DNA of 62,569 nucleotides, filler included, from Chiloscyllium plagiosum (GCF_004010195.1; 5 parts of one record of this genome joined end to end with filler, not necessarily neighbours in it), one strand, 5' to 3'; positions 24,437 through 37,626 are shown, numbered from the whole stretch's first letter. A program made the numbers and translations. Notes: generated by a model from the letters alone, not told the origin.

Positions 24437-24550
24437 GCCAGTGTTGGACTGGGACAACACCAGGTTATAGTGTAGCAGGATTCCCCGAAAGCGAGTGCTT
24501 CCAGGGAAACCTGTCGGGACTATAACCTGAGGTTGTGTGATGTTTAACGT
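24437..24550. mobile_element. Internally deleted copy of the palindromic element family
   Basis: gtgttggactggg...caacaccaggttatagt ... ggactataacctg.ggttgtgtgat. Confidence 0.7.
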
Positions 24551-24714
24551 TATATATCGATATATATATATAGACACAGAGGGAGGGAGGGGAGGAGGGG
24601 ATTATGTGTTTTTTGGGGGGGTGCTTGTGAGGGTCCTGTTGTATTTGGATGGAGAAAGAACACTGCATTAAAAGAGATCCTCTTTTTAATCTGTCATTCA
24701 ATCCAATGCTGTTA

Positions 24715-25680
24715 GGGGGGAAGTGAGGGGGGGAGTCGAGTGGGGGTGCAAAGTCGAAGGGGGGGAAGTCGAGGAGGGGAAGTCGAGGGGCGGACGTCGA
24801 GGGAGGGAACGTCGGGGGGAAGTCGAGGGTGGGGAGGTCGGGGGAAGTCGAGGGGGGACACAGAGAAAAAAGCGACAGAGAGAAAAAGGGACAGAGAGAG
24901 AGATAGAAAAGGGACAGAGAGAGAGAGAAAATGGACAGAGAGCGAGAAAAGGGACAGAGAGAGAGAAAAGGGAGAGAGAGAAAAAAAGGAACAGAGAGAA
25001 AGAGAGAGAGAAAAGGGACAGAAAGAGAGAAAGGGACAGAAAGAGGGATAGCCCACTCACTCTCTTGACCTTCATCTCTCTTTCTCTTTCTCCCTCTCTC
25101 TCGCTCCCTTGCGCCCCTCTCTCGCCACCCCCTCCCTTTCTCGACCCTTTCTCTCTCTATATATCTCTGTTTCGACCCCTCTCTCTTTCCCTCTTTCGAC
25201 CCTGTATCATTTCACTCTTTGACCCGCTATCTCTTGCCCCCATCTCTCACCGTGTGTCTCTCTCTCTCTCACCCCCTCAATCTCTCTCTCTCTCCACCCT
25301 CTATCTCTCTCCTCCCCTATCTCTCTCGCCCCTTTTGTCTCTCTCCTGGCCCCCTCTCTTGGTCTTTCGAGCTCTCTTTCCCTCTCACTTGCGCTCTCCC
25401 TCTCGCTCCCTCTCTGTTTCGCTCCCTCTCTGTCTTGCCCACTCTCCGTTTCAGTCCTTCCCTCCGTCTCGCTCCCGCCCTCTGTCTCGCACCCTCCCTC
25501 CCTCAGTCTCACTCCCCCTTCCCTGCGTCTCTCTCTCGCCCCTCATCTCCTTCTGTCTCTCTCTCTCCGCCTTCTCTCACTCTCGATGCCCCTCCCTCCG
25601 TCTGTGTCTCTCTCTCCCCACTTCCCTCCGTTTCTCTTTGATTGAATCTCTCTCCACCCTCCAACCCTCACTCTCTGTCT
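24715..25680. repeat. G-rich (GGGGAAGTCGA-like) repeat, then a (GA)n tract, then a (CT)n tract
   Basis: Purine-rich 24715-25050 switches abruptly to pyrimidine-rich 25060-25680. Confidence 0.85.
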
Positions 25681-25997
25681 GATGCAATTTGTCTCCCTGG
25701 TTCTTCCCTTTCCCCCTGACGTGGTGAGAGAGAGTGTGTGCAGACAGAGGCGGGGGTGCGGGGGGGCGGGGGAGAAATGAGGAGAAAGAGTAGGGGAGAG
25801 GAAATGGGGAGGCCAGGTTGGAGTCGGCGGAACAGAGGGAGTGAAAACCAGCTCCTGAGCTCAGAGAGCGGTGCCCTCCCCTACCCTGAGGACCAGGACT
25901 TGGGGCTGAGTCTGTCTCTCTCCAGCTCAACTTGTCCAACACAAAGACACACAACAAAATCGGTCACTCTGCTGCTCGGCACACTTTAATGAACATT

Positions 25998-26003
25998 TTT
26001 ATT
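25998..26003 (-). promoter_or_regulatory. Candidate polyadenylation signal of the GPCR gene
   Basis: AATAAA on the minus strand ~210 bp after the GPCR stop, with ATTAAA at 25985-25990. Confidence 0.5.
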
Positions 26004-26213
26004 GATTATAAATGGAAGTGATGGATACAGTCAGTGAGATGGTGCCTTTTCGCACTGGCCCCTGAGTTGTGAGAAACATTGAAATATTTCCCTGTAACCC
26101 CTCTGGGGGATAAGGATGGACAAACCAGCGCTACCCTCAGTCTGTTACCATAGCGGCAGGCTGCGCCATTGCTGAAACACTGAACTGAAATGAGAAAATC
26201 CCGGATGGATTGC

Positions 26214-26773
26214 TTAATGAGGGAATTTGATTGATGGATGGATTTGGGTGAAGGGATATTTCAGCACATTCTTCAACTGCCGCCTGAACTTAGTCTGGGT
26301 CACGGCATAAATCGCAGTGTTTGTGCAGCAACTGAGGAGCTGCAGCATGAAGCCCAATTCCCGCACAAAGGGATCGAGATGCACAGACTCATACCCAATC
26401 AAATACATCCGTCTCCATAATGAAAACAGCATTAACGTTGACCATAACAGGATGAAATTGGCCGAGATCACAAACAGTAAAATGATGGATTTTTTTCGGT
26501 TTCTCATTTCAGTGTCAGACTGAGCGTCCCCATTGGTGTGAGCGCAGAGTCTCCTGCGGGCTCTGCTGGTCATTAAAATGTTTCTGACGGTGAGAACATT
26601 GAGCAGCAGAATCAGGACAAATGGGACACACGGGGTTAGAATGTGGTGGAGGACCTCGATTGTGACCCAGACACTGGAGTCACGAACAGCGAATGTTACA
26701 AAACAAAACCACGGGCGGTTCCCGAGGTAATACCGGGCTGTGAGCATAAAATACCAGGAAATGTCCTTCAAAT
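26214..26773 (-). CDS. Class A GPCR, GPR139/GPR142-like (partial: end of TM4 to C-terminus; 5' part lost in gap)
   Basis: Open 185-aa frame with TM5 (HHILTPCVPFVLILLLNVLTVRNI), basic ICL3, TM6 (RKKSIILLFVISANFILLW), TM7 (MLQLLSCCTNTAIY) and helix 8 (TQTKFRRQLK). The frame runs into gap 26774-27273. Confidence 0.85.
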
Positions 26774-27273
26774 NNNNNNNNNNNNNNNNNNNNNNNNNNN
26801 NNNNNNNNNNNNNNNNNNNNNNNNNNNNNNNNNNNNNNNNNNNNNNNNNNNNNNNNNNNNNNNNNNNNNNNNNNNNNNNNNNNNNNNNNNNNNNNNNNNN
26901 NNNNNNNNNNNNNNNNNNNNNNNNNNNNNNNNNNNNNNNNNNNNNNNNNNNNNNNNNNNNNNNNNNNNNNNNNNNNNNNNNNNNNNNNNNNNNNNNNNNN
27001 NNNNNNNNNNNNNNNNNNNNNNNNNNNNNNNNNNNNNNNNNNNNNNNNNNNNNNNNNNNNNNNNNNNNNNNNNNNNNNNNNNNNNNNNNNNNNNNNNNNN
27101 NNNNNNNNNNNNNNNNNNNNNNNNNNNNNNNNNNNNNNNNNNNNNNNNNNNNNNNNNNNNNNNNNNNNNNNNNNNNNNNNNNNNNNNNNNNNNNNNNNNN
27201 NNNNNNNNNNNNNNNNNNNNNNNNNNNNNNNNNNNNNNNNNNNNNNNNNNNNNNNNNNNNNNNNNNNNNNNNN

Positions 27274-30010
27274 ATTGATAAATGAGTGTAAGGGGGTCAA
27301 GGTGATTGTGATGGGGTGAGTGTGAGGGCATCATGTTGACTCTGATGGAATGACTGTGAGGAGGTCAGAGTGACGGTGATGGAGTGAGTATTAGGGGGTC
27401 AATGTGACGGTGATAAATGAGTGTGAGGGGGTCAGTGTGACGATGATAAATGAGTGTGAGTGGGTCAGGGTCATGGTGATGGAGTGAATGTGAGAGGGTC
27501 AGGGTGATATTGATAAATAAGTGTAAGGGGGTCAAGGTGACGGTGATGGAGTGAGTGTGATGGCATCATGTTGACTCTGATGGAGTGACTGTGAGGAGGT
27601 CAGAGTGACGGTGATGGAGTGAGGGTGAGGAAGTCAGTGTGACTGTGATGGAGTGAGTGTTAGGGGGTCAATGTGACTGTGATCGAGTGAGTGTGAGGGA
27701 TTCAGCGTGACTGTGGTGGAGTGAGTGTGAGGGGGTCAGTGTGACTGTGATGGAGTTAGTGTGAGGGGTGTCAGGGTGACGGTGATGGAGTGATTGTGGG
27801 AGTGCCATCGTGACATTGATGGAGTGAGTGTGAAAGGGTCAGGGTGACTGTAATGGTGTGAGTGTGAGTGGGTCAGGGTGACGGTGATGGAGAGAGTGTG
27901 AGGGGGGTCAGTGTGACTGCGATTGAATGAGTGTGACGGGGTCAGGGTGACGGTGATTGAGTGAGTATGAGGAGGTCAGTGTAACTGTGATGGAGTGAGT
28001 GAGAGGGGGTCAGTGTGACTGTGATGGAGTGATTGTGAGGGGGTCAGCGTGACGGTGGTGGAGTGAGTGTGAGGTGGTAAGGGTGACAGTGATGAAGTGA
28101 GTGTGAGGGGGTCAGGGTGACGCTGGTGGAGTGAGTGTGAGGGGATCGGTGGAACAGTGATGGAGGGAGTGTGAGGAGGACAGGGTGACAGTGATGGTGG
28201 GAGTGTGATGGGGTCAGTTTGACGATGATGAAGTGAGTGTGAGGGGGTAAGGGTGACAGTGAGAAATGAGTGTGAGTGGGTCAGGGTGACGGTGATGGAG
28301 TGAGTGTGAGCGGATCGGTGTGATACTGATGGAGGGAGTGGAAGGGGGTCAGCGTGACGTTGATCGAGTGAGTGTGAGGGGGTCAGTGTAACGATGATAA
28401 ATGAGTCTTAGGGGGTCAGGGTGACTGTGATGGGGTGAGTGTGATGGGGTCAAGGTGACAGTGATAAATGAGTGTGAGGGGGTCAGTGTGACGTTGATGG
28501 AGTGAGTGAGTGGGAGTCATGTTGACTGTGATGGAGTGAGTGTTAGGAATTCAGTGTGTCGGTGATGGAGTGAGTGTGAGGGGGCCAGTGTGACTGTGAT
28601 GGAGTGAGTGTGAGGTGGTCAATGTAACTGTGATGGAGTGAGTGTGAGGGGGTCAGGGTGAGGGTGATGGAGTGATTGTGAGGGGATCAGTGTGACTGTG
28701 ATTGAGTGAGTGTGAGGGGGTCAGGGTGTCAGTGATGAAGTGAGTGTGAGGTGGTCAGGATGACGCTGATGGAGTGAGTGTGAGGGGATCGGTGTGACAG
28801 TGATGGAGGGAGTGTGAGTGGGTCAGAGTGACGGTGATGGATTGAGTGTGAGGGTGTCAGGGTGACTGTGATGGAGTGAGTGTGAGGGGGTCAGTGTCAC
28901 TGTGGTGGAGTGAGTGTGACGGGGTCAGTGTGACATTGCTAAATGAGTGTGAGGAGGTCAGTGTGACGGTGTTGGAGTGAGTGTGAGGAGGTCAGTGTGA
29001 CTGTGATGGAGTGTGTGTGTGGGGGTCAGGGTGACGCTGATGGAGTGATTGTGAGGGGATCAGTGTGACTGTATGGAGTGAGAGTGAGGGGGTCAGGGTG
29101 AGTGTGATGGTGTGATTGTGAATGTGTCAGGTTGACAGGGAAAGAGTGAATATGAGGGCGTCAGTTTGACGGTGATTACTGAGTGTGGGGCGTCAGTGTG
29201 ACCGACATGGAGTGAGTGTGAGGGTGTCAGCGTGAAGCTGATGGAGTGAGTTTAATGGGGTCAGTGTGACGAAGATGGAGTGAGTGTGAGGGGGTCTAAG
29301 TGAAGGTGATGGAGTGAGTAAGATGGGGTCAGGGTGACGGTGGTGGAATGAGTGCGAGGGGGTCGGTTTGACCGTGAAGGAGTGAGTGTGAGGGAGTCAG
29401 GGTGACATTGCTAAATGAGTGTGAGGAGGTCAGTGTGACTGTGATGGAGTGAGTGTGAGGAGGTCAGTGTGACTGTGATGGAGTGAGTCTGAGGGGGTCA
29501 ATGTGACTGTGATGGAGTGAATGTGAAGTGGTCAGGGTGACGGTGATGGAGTGAGTGTGAGGGTGTCTGTGTGTCGGTGATGGAGTGAGTGTGAGGGGGT
29601 CAGTGTGACTGTGATTGAGTGAGTGTGAGGGGGTCATCAGTGTGACAGTGACAGAGTGAGTGTGAGGAGGTCAGTGTGACTGTGATGGAGTGAGTGTGAG
29701 GGGATCAGTGTGACTGTTATTGAGTGAGCGTGAGGGGGTCAGCGTGACTGTGATGGAGTGAGTGTGAGTGGGTCAGGGCGACAGTGATGAAGTGAGTGTG
29801 AGGCGGTCAGGGTGACGATGATGGTGTGAGCGTGAGGGGATCGGTGTGACAGTGATGGAGGGAGTGTGAGTGGGTCAGAGTGACGGTGATGGATTGAGTG
29901 TGAGGGTGTCAGGGTGACTGTGATGGAGTGAGTGTGAGGGGGTCAGTGTGACTGTGATTGAGTGAGTGTGAGGGGGTCATCAGTGTGACAGTGATGGAGT
30001 GAGTGTGAGG
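27274..30010. repeat. 34-bp minisatellite, about 80 copies, gap-bounded on both sides
   Basis: Consensus GTGACTGTGATGGAGTGAGTGTGAGGGGGTCAGT. Confidence 0.95.
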
Positions 30011-30110
30011 NNNNNNNNNNNNNNNNNNNNNNNNNNNNNNNNNNNNNNNNNNNNTTAATTAATTAANNNNNNNNNNNNNNNNNNNNNNNNNNNNNNNNNN
30101 NNNNNNNNNN

Positions 30111-31105
30111 TTGAGGGATATTTAGCAGTTTAGATCAGAAAGTGGCTCGGTGTAAGAAGACCGAGGGTGGTGGCTGAGGGGAAATGTCCATCTTGGAGTT
30201 TACTTACTAGTGAGTACCGCAAGGATCTGTTTTTTGTCCACTGCAGTTTGTCAGTTTTTATAAATGACCTGGATGAGGGCGTAGAACGATGGGTTAGTAA
30301 ATTTGTGGATGACACTAAGGTCGGTACAGTTTTGGATAGGGCCGAAGAGTGTTGTAGGTCAGAGAGGAACACGGATAAGCTGCAGAGCTGGCCTAACAGG
30401 TGGCGAATGGAGTTCAATGCAGAAAAGCGTGACGTGATTCATTTTGGAAAGAGTAACAGGAATACAGAGTACTGGGCTAATGTTAAGATTTTTGGCAGTT
30501 TAATGAGCAGAGAGATCTCGGTGTCCATGGACATAGATCCCTGAAAGTTGCCACCCAGATTGATAGAGTTGTTAAAAAGGCATAATATGTGTTAGCTTTT
30601 ATTAATAGAGGGATTGAGTTTGGGAACCATGAGGTCATGCTGTCGCTGTACAAAGGATGTGGACGCTTTGGAAAGGGTTCAGTGGATGTGGCCTGGTATG
30701 GAAGGCAAGGCTGAGGGATGTGAGGCTGTTGCGGTTAGAGAGAAGAAGGTTGAATGTTGACTTAACTGAGATATATGAGATAATCAAAGGTTTCGATAAA
30801 GTGGACAGTGAGAGCCTTTCTCCTTGGATGGTGATGACTAGCATGAGGGGACACAGCTTTAAATTGAGCGGTGATAGATTAGGGCAGGTGTCAGAGTTAG
30901 GTTAGTTACTCAGTGGAGTAAGAGCGTGGAACACACTGTCTGCAGCAGTAGTAGACTCGCCAAATTTCAGGGCACTTATATGGTCAGTGAATAGACATAT
31001 GGACGAAAATGGAATAGCGTAGATTCGATGGACTTTGGATTGGTTTCACAGTTTGGGGCAACATCGAGGGGCCTGTACTTCTTTGTAATGTTCTGTGCTG
31101 TATAT
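30111..31105 (+). mobile_element. CR1 LINE 3' fragment
   Basis: FINDLDEGVERWVSKFVDDTKVG...WRMEFNAEK. Same family as 40990-41782 and 52165-54012. Confidence 0.9.
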
Positions 31106-31814
31106 AGGTTAGAATTGAGTTTAGAGTTGACGAAAGGAAAGCTGAAAATGTAATGGACTTGGTCAAGCAGTTAGGTATATCGGAGGAACAGACAAAAGCA
31201 GTAGAGTCAGAAAACTTAAATTGCAATTGAGGCCACTGAACTTAGATGAAAAAGAAGGGGAGAGAATGCTCTTCGCTGAGCAATGAGACAGAGAAGAAAG
31301 AAAAAAGGGAGACCGAAGAAAGAGAGAGAGAGGAAAAGAAAAAAAAGAGGAAGTGTTCTTAACCGAGCAAAACGAAAGAAAGAGAGAATTGGAACTTCAG
31401 AAAGTGCAAATTAGTTAGGAACGTCAAGACGAATGATGGAGATGAAGGCAGAATGTAGGGTTGTATACACATCTATGAATATATTGCCACGTTTCAATGA
31501 GAAATATGCTGACGCTTTCTTTATTGGATTTGAAAAATTGGTTGGGCAGATGGAGGGGGCAGAGAACGTGTGGGTTATGCTAACTCTGTTTAAGTTGGTA
31601 GGCAAGCGAGAAAGCTATTTTCAGTACTGATATATGAGGGGTCAAGAGACTATCCACATATCAAACAGATATTTTGAGCGTCAATGGATTGGTACCAGAA
31701 ACGTATGGTCGCAGCTCAGAAGCATGGCGAAGCAATCATGTCTGAATTACCTTGAGTTTGAATGACATACCAAATTTGTTATATAGGTGTGGGACCTAAA
31801 AACAGTCAAGACAT

Positions 31815-32934
31815 GGTAGACTGGTTAGCACGGTTAGATCTCATGGATTTCAGGGAGAAATAGCCATTTGGATACAAAACTGGCTCAAAGGCAGAAGACA
31901 GAGAGTGGTGGGGGAGTGTTGTTTTTCAGACTGGAGGCCTGAGACTACTGGAGTGTCACAAGAATCGGTGCTGGGTCCTCTACTTATTGTCATTTACATA
32001 AATAATTTGGATGCGAGCATGAGAGGTACAGTTAGTAAGTTTGCAAATGACACTTAAATTGGAGGTGTAGTGGACAGCGAAGAGGGTTACCTCAGATTAC
32101 AACAGGCTCTGGACCAGATGGGCCAATCGGCCAAGGGTTGGCAGATGGAATTTAATTCAGATAAATGTGAGGTGCTGCATTTTGGGAAAGCTAATCTTAG
32201 CAGGACTTATACACTTAATGGTAAGATCATAGGAAGTGCTGCTGAACAAAGAGACCTTGGAGTGCAGGTTCATAGCTCCTTGAATGTGGAGTCGCTGGTG
32301 GATAGAATAGTGAAGAGGCCGTTTGGTATGCTTTCCTTTATTGGTCAGAATACTGAGTACAGGAGTATGTAGGTTATGTTGCGGCTGTACAGGACATTGG
32401 TTAGGCCACTGTTGGAATATTGCGTGCAATTCTGGTCTCCTTCTTCTCAGAAAAACATTGTGAAACTTGAAAGGGTTCAGGAAAGAATTACAAGTATGTT
32501 GCCAGGGTTGGAGGATTTGAGCTATATGGAGAGGCTGAACAGGCTGGGGTTGTTTTCTCTGTAGCGTCGGAGGGTGAGGGGTGACCATATAGAGGTTGAC
32601 AAAATTATGAGGGGCATGGTTAGGGTAAATAGGCAAAGTCTTTTCCCCGGGGTCGGGGAGTCCAGAACTCGGGGACGTAGGTTTAAGGTGAGAACTACGG
32701 GGCATCTTTTTCACACAGAGGGCGGTACGGGTATGGATTGAGCCGCCAGAAGAAGTGGTGGAGGCAGGTACAATTGCAACATTTGAGAGGCATTTGGATG
32801 GGTATATGAATAGGAAGGGTTTGGAGGCCTATGGGCTGGATGCTGGCAGGTGGGGCTAGATTAAGTTGGGATATCTGGTCGGCAGGGGCAGGTTGGACCG
32901 AAGGATCTGTTTATATATTGTACCTCTCTATGAC
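31815..32934 (+). mobile_element. 5'-truncated CR1 inserted into the Gypsy gag
   Basis: WQMEFNSDKCEVLHFGK and LYRTLVRPLLEYCVQFWSP. The gag sequence resumes at ~32935; acat is present on both sides. Confidence 0.9.
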
Positions 32935-35900
32935 ACATAAGGCTCGAAGAGGGGTTATTCTGCTGGAGGAGTTTAGAAAATCCACTTCCAGAAAAGGTAA
33001 GAATTTATGTGGATAGAAAGACGCCTCAAGAAGTGAGTAGAGCTGCGGTGATGGCAGATGAATATGCATTGGAGCATACGGTGAAATGTTGTTTCTGACA
33101 CAAACTTCATCCTTTGGGAGAAGGGAGTACCGTCAACACAACGCAAAGAGAAGTGCACACTGGGAATAGTTTTCCACAGGTGAAAGAAGAAGTCCAAGGA
33201 AGTTAAAGGCCTCTGATGTTTTCATTGTGGTAAGATGGAACACGTAACGTCAAAATGCTGGTCATGGAAGAATGGCATTGTGGGAAGCAATGTGGTAAAT
33301 GAGGCTTAGCCAGTTGATATTAGTAAAAATTGGAAATGAAACCCCAAGAAATGTGGAGGAGCTGCAAGAGATTGCACAGCCTAGGCAGGATTTGGATATT
33401 ACATTAGTGCCCAATCTCTATAAAGAATTCAACTCTTTTCGGTAAAGTTTACTCAGGAAGAACAAGGGAAGAAGGGAAAGACGTTGGACTTTTTTGAGAG
33501 ATACGGGTTATGGTGAGACTCTGATCGGAAGAGATGAAAGTATTTTCAGTCTTTCTGACATGTTCACCAAGATTAAATGCTTTTGGAACAGACAGGCCGA
33601 AATTTAGCATTCTCCTATGTAAGATCAAGTTGGAGAGCCAACTCAAGACTTAGGAAGTTACAGTGGGATTGATTGATAGAATGTCAGTTCCAGGAATTCA
33701 GTTTGTTCTTGGGAACGACTTAACATGATGCAAGGTGGGAGTGACGCCTCCTATGGTGCAGAAGGCAAAGAAAGACCAGGAACTCGGGAGTCAAAAGAAA
33801 AATACCCTGGAAATTTTCCAAACTGCGTAGGAACAAAATCGCACTGTCATAGGTTACAGGAAGAAGGAAACCCGAAAGAGAAAAATGAAGGAGTTGAGGT
33901 TCAGTTGGCGGACACGTTACTTGTTATAATGGTGCAAGAAAAAGCGAACAGGCAAAGATCAGGCAGAAGTGTTTAGTCCTGAAAGGTTAATGGATTTACA
34001 AAAGAAGGAAGAGAGAATAAAAGATAAATACATTATATACGTGTGTGTGTCTGTGTATACTCAGAAAATAAATTAGAATGCATTCTTGAGGGAAATTATA
34101 TTAATGATAGGATCCTAAGACAAAAATGGAGACCATGGCAGGTTCATGCGCAGGAGGAATGGCCAGAATTGCACCAGATTGTATTGCCCTTTGCAGTCAG
34201 ACATGAAGTGTTACGAGTTGCGCAATAACTACCTGTAGGAGGTCACCTAGGTGTCAGAAAGACTCGGGCTAAGATACAAAAGCATTTATTTGGCCTTGAA
34301 TGCACAAGGATGTGGTTAACGTTTGTCCTACATGTCATACATACCAAATGTTAGGTTAGTCACAAGCAGTAATAAAACCAGCACCTTTGTGGCAAATTCC
34401 TGCATTTGAATAACTTTTCACGAGGGTTATGACTAATTGTGTAGGTCCCCTCCCTTAGGGTGGGAACTAATATTGCTAATCAGAATGGATGTGTCTACCA
34501 GATTTCTGGAGACAATCCATTTTGGAACATTAAAGCAAAAAGGCTGATGGAGGATTTGGTAGCCTTTTATTAACCCGATTTGAGCTACCCAGAGAGATTC
34601 AGTCAGACCAAGCGTCTAATTTTACTGCTAGCTTGTTTAAGGAAGTCATGGATAGCTTCGGTATACAGCACTATCAATCAAGTGCGTCGCATCCTGAATC
34701 GCAGGGAGCTTTGGAAGGGTGGCATCAGATCGTGTAGACCATGTTTATAGGGTACTGTCAAGATTAGCCGAGTGATTGCTTCATAAGTAGCACATTGGTA
34801 TTGTTGCCATTAGAGGTGCCCAAAATGAATCGACTCAAATGATTCCCTTTGAGTCAATATTCAGACATATAGTGAGTGGCCCCTTGAGACAAATGAAATA
34901 TGAATTGATTGGACTAAAGTCGGAAATCTCACACCTGGATTATGCACACTTGGAGATGAGGTAAAGATTACAAAGTGTAGGTCAGTTAGATAAACAACAC
35001 CTGAAGAAGATACAGTAGAGAATGAAGCAGGTGGCAGATAAAAACTCAAAAGTTCAGACATTTTCCTTTGGGATGATTCATTAGTGTTGTTGCCAGTGGT
35101 CGAGATCACTTCAAAGCCCGGTTTAGTGGTCCCTATCAAGTTGGGAAAAAAAGTCAAGTGAAGGAAGCTATTAGGTAAAGATGCCAGATAGAAAAAGATC
35201 GTACCGGGAATATACAGTAAGTATATTGAAAACTTACTGTAATAGAGACAGGATACTGGATTAACAGGTGTTAGTTACAGCCCCGCAGAGTGAGAAATCA
35301 AATCCACGTTTCATGGATTTTGAAGTGCCTCAAAGTATGTTAAACAATGAGAAAGTCCTTGTAGTAATGGGATTCAATGTCTGTCTCCAGAGTAATGATC
35401 TGATTTGGAAAGTTTGTTGCAGCAGTATGAGGACATATGCAGGAATAGAATGGGTAGGACTAATACTATTATGCAAGAGGTGGAAGTAGGGAATGCTATT
35501 CTGCTAAAACAACACTCAACAAGTTTAATCATTTCAAAACCACATAGGTCAAGAAGGAAGTGGATGTGACGCTCAATGATGCCTTCATCGAACTGAGGCA
35601 GAGTGAGTGGAGTTCGTCGATCATGTTACTTCCCAAACCTGACGGGACTCAACGGTTTTGTATGGATTATCGGAAGGTCAATACTCTGGCGAAGTCGGAT
35701 TCCTATCCAATACCACTCTTGAGGTGATTGGACAAGCCAGTTACATCACAAAATTAGACTTACTGTGTGGTTATTGGCAGATAACTTTGTCAGAGAGAGC
35801 GAAATAAGTTTCTGCAATTGTTACCCCAATGGGCTATATCAATTCAAAATGATGCCCTTTTGAATGAAGAATGCACTAACTATATTCCAAAGACGAATGA

Positions 35901-36827
35901 ACAGAGTTGTGATCGGATGAAGAAATAATGCTATTTATCTTGATGATGTGATTTTCAGCCATCCATGGATCGATCAAAGCTTTTTGAATGATGATTAAAA
36001 GCAAATCTGCTAATGGTAAGTTGACCTCAAGGAATAAGAAGACAAAGGTAATTTTCTACGACATTCTTCAAAGAAAGACGAGTTTCAGTTTGGGGACTGG
36101 GCAGATTCTACTGGAGGTTTGTTCCAAACTTCAGCAGCGTGCTGACACCGCCAACAGAGTTAAAAAAGAATAACACGAACTTTCAGCAGACAGAACAGTG
36201 CCGGGTGTCATTTGAGAGTTTAAAATCCGTATTAAGCGCAACGCCAATTTTAGCCACATCAAATATTTTGCTATTTTAGAATCGATGCTCGAGATATAGA
36301 ATTTAAAGTTGCCTTGATTCAGCAAGTTGACAATGGAACTGAACGGCCAATTAGCTACTTTTAAAGAAACTCAATTTATATCAAAAAAGATCGTCTTCCA
36401 TCGAGAAAGAGTTCTTATGTTCGGAACTGACCTTAAAACATTTTGAAATTTATGTGACGAACATGTTTTTGGAGTCAGTTGTATACACAAACCATAACCC
36501 TCTCATATTTGTGGAAAGATTTAGAAACAAAAATAGATGACTATTTGATTGGGGTCTTATTGCAGACATTTAGTTTACAAATTGTACATGTTGAGGGTGG
36601 TAAAATGCGTTATTGTGGATTTAAAAGAAAATTAAAATAGTTAAGATTGTAGTTAAGATATAGATACGATTGGACTATATCGATTCCAATGTCATGTATG
36701 TGTGCAGAATTAATATGAGAGGAATGAATTAGATTAATAATGCATTTCACAGAAATGGTTTTCAGAAGTAGAGAAAGAAATAAGGCTATCTTTTCACTAT
36801 GCTGGTTTTTTCATATGAGGGAGGCGA

Positions 36828-37626
36828 TGTTACATAGTTGAAAATGAGTGTGTTCATTTTAAAATGGCGTGTTTTTTCTGAATGTTGCAAGCTCAGCTGC
36901 CCAAATGGAAAGGCTGGGAGATGGGCTGCTCTAAAGTAAATACATATAACAATTACTGTTGAATGGATACTGCATATTGGTCGCTGTTTTGACAACAATT
37001 CAGTTTGAAGCAATTAGTTTAAATTATGCCCAGGATAGCAAAACCCAGGCAAGATTGAATTTATTATTTTGATAACATTTGTCAGAGGTGACAAATTTCC
37101 CATTTACTAGAGGTGACAGGGAACGATGTTCAAGGTATCAAAAAATGTGTGCGTTTTGAAAATTGTTTAGCGCAACTGTCACGGAACAGAAGGGCAACTG
37201 CTATAGAACCGGAGAGCTCGCTCGCTCTCAACAAAAAAAAACTAGATGGCACTCTCTATCACGGGTACATTTTCTGTAAAACATCCGTGCAGTAAAAAGT
37301 GTAAAGAAGACCCAGGGAGGACAGCAAATGCAAGGTTAAAGACAGTGGAGAAGATAGAGCTTGTGTGGACTTGAGATTAAGCTAATGTAATGTTTAATAA
37401 CAACATTAATAGGATTGTGCTCAGTTAGGGGAAAGAGTATTCAATATGTTAATAGTTTTGTTTAGTGTTCTGTTAGGAAAGTAAACGTACTTTTCTTTAA
37501 ATATTGGAAATTCGGAGTAATTCTTCAATCCATTACACTTTTAATAGATTGCGAGGCGAGGCGAGATTTTCTGGGTGTTTAGTTTGCATTAACAGAGGGG
37601 TTCGAACTCTGCACCCTAACGTAACA
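36828..37626 (+). repeat. 3' LTR of the Gmr1-like element
   Basis: Purine tract gagggaggcga is followed by TGTTAC (36828) ... GTAACA (37626), a perfect 6-bp terminal inverted repeat. Confidence 0.75.

Larger units (their letters stand above)
31106..37626 (+). mobile_element. Decayed Gmr1-like Ty3/Gypsy LTR retrotransposon (gag-PR-INT-RT-RH, 3' LTR; no 5' LTR seen)
   Basis: gag LPRFNEKYADAFFIGFEK (~31480) and ILLEEF (~32955); CCHC knuckle CFHCGKMEHVTSKC (33217-33258); protease LRDTG (~33495); integrase GGHLGVRKT (~34240), EIQSDQASNF (~34595), SASHPESQGALE (~34680); RT PKPDGTQRFCMDYRKVN (~35630) and YLDDV (~35935); RNase H region to ~36600. Confidence 0.88.

Noticed and set aside
24723..25682. 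319-aa Arg/Glu then Ser/Leu/Pro-rich ORF
   Set aside because: Product of GA and CT simple repeats.
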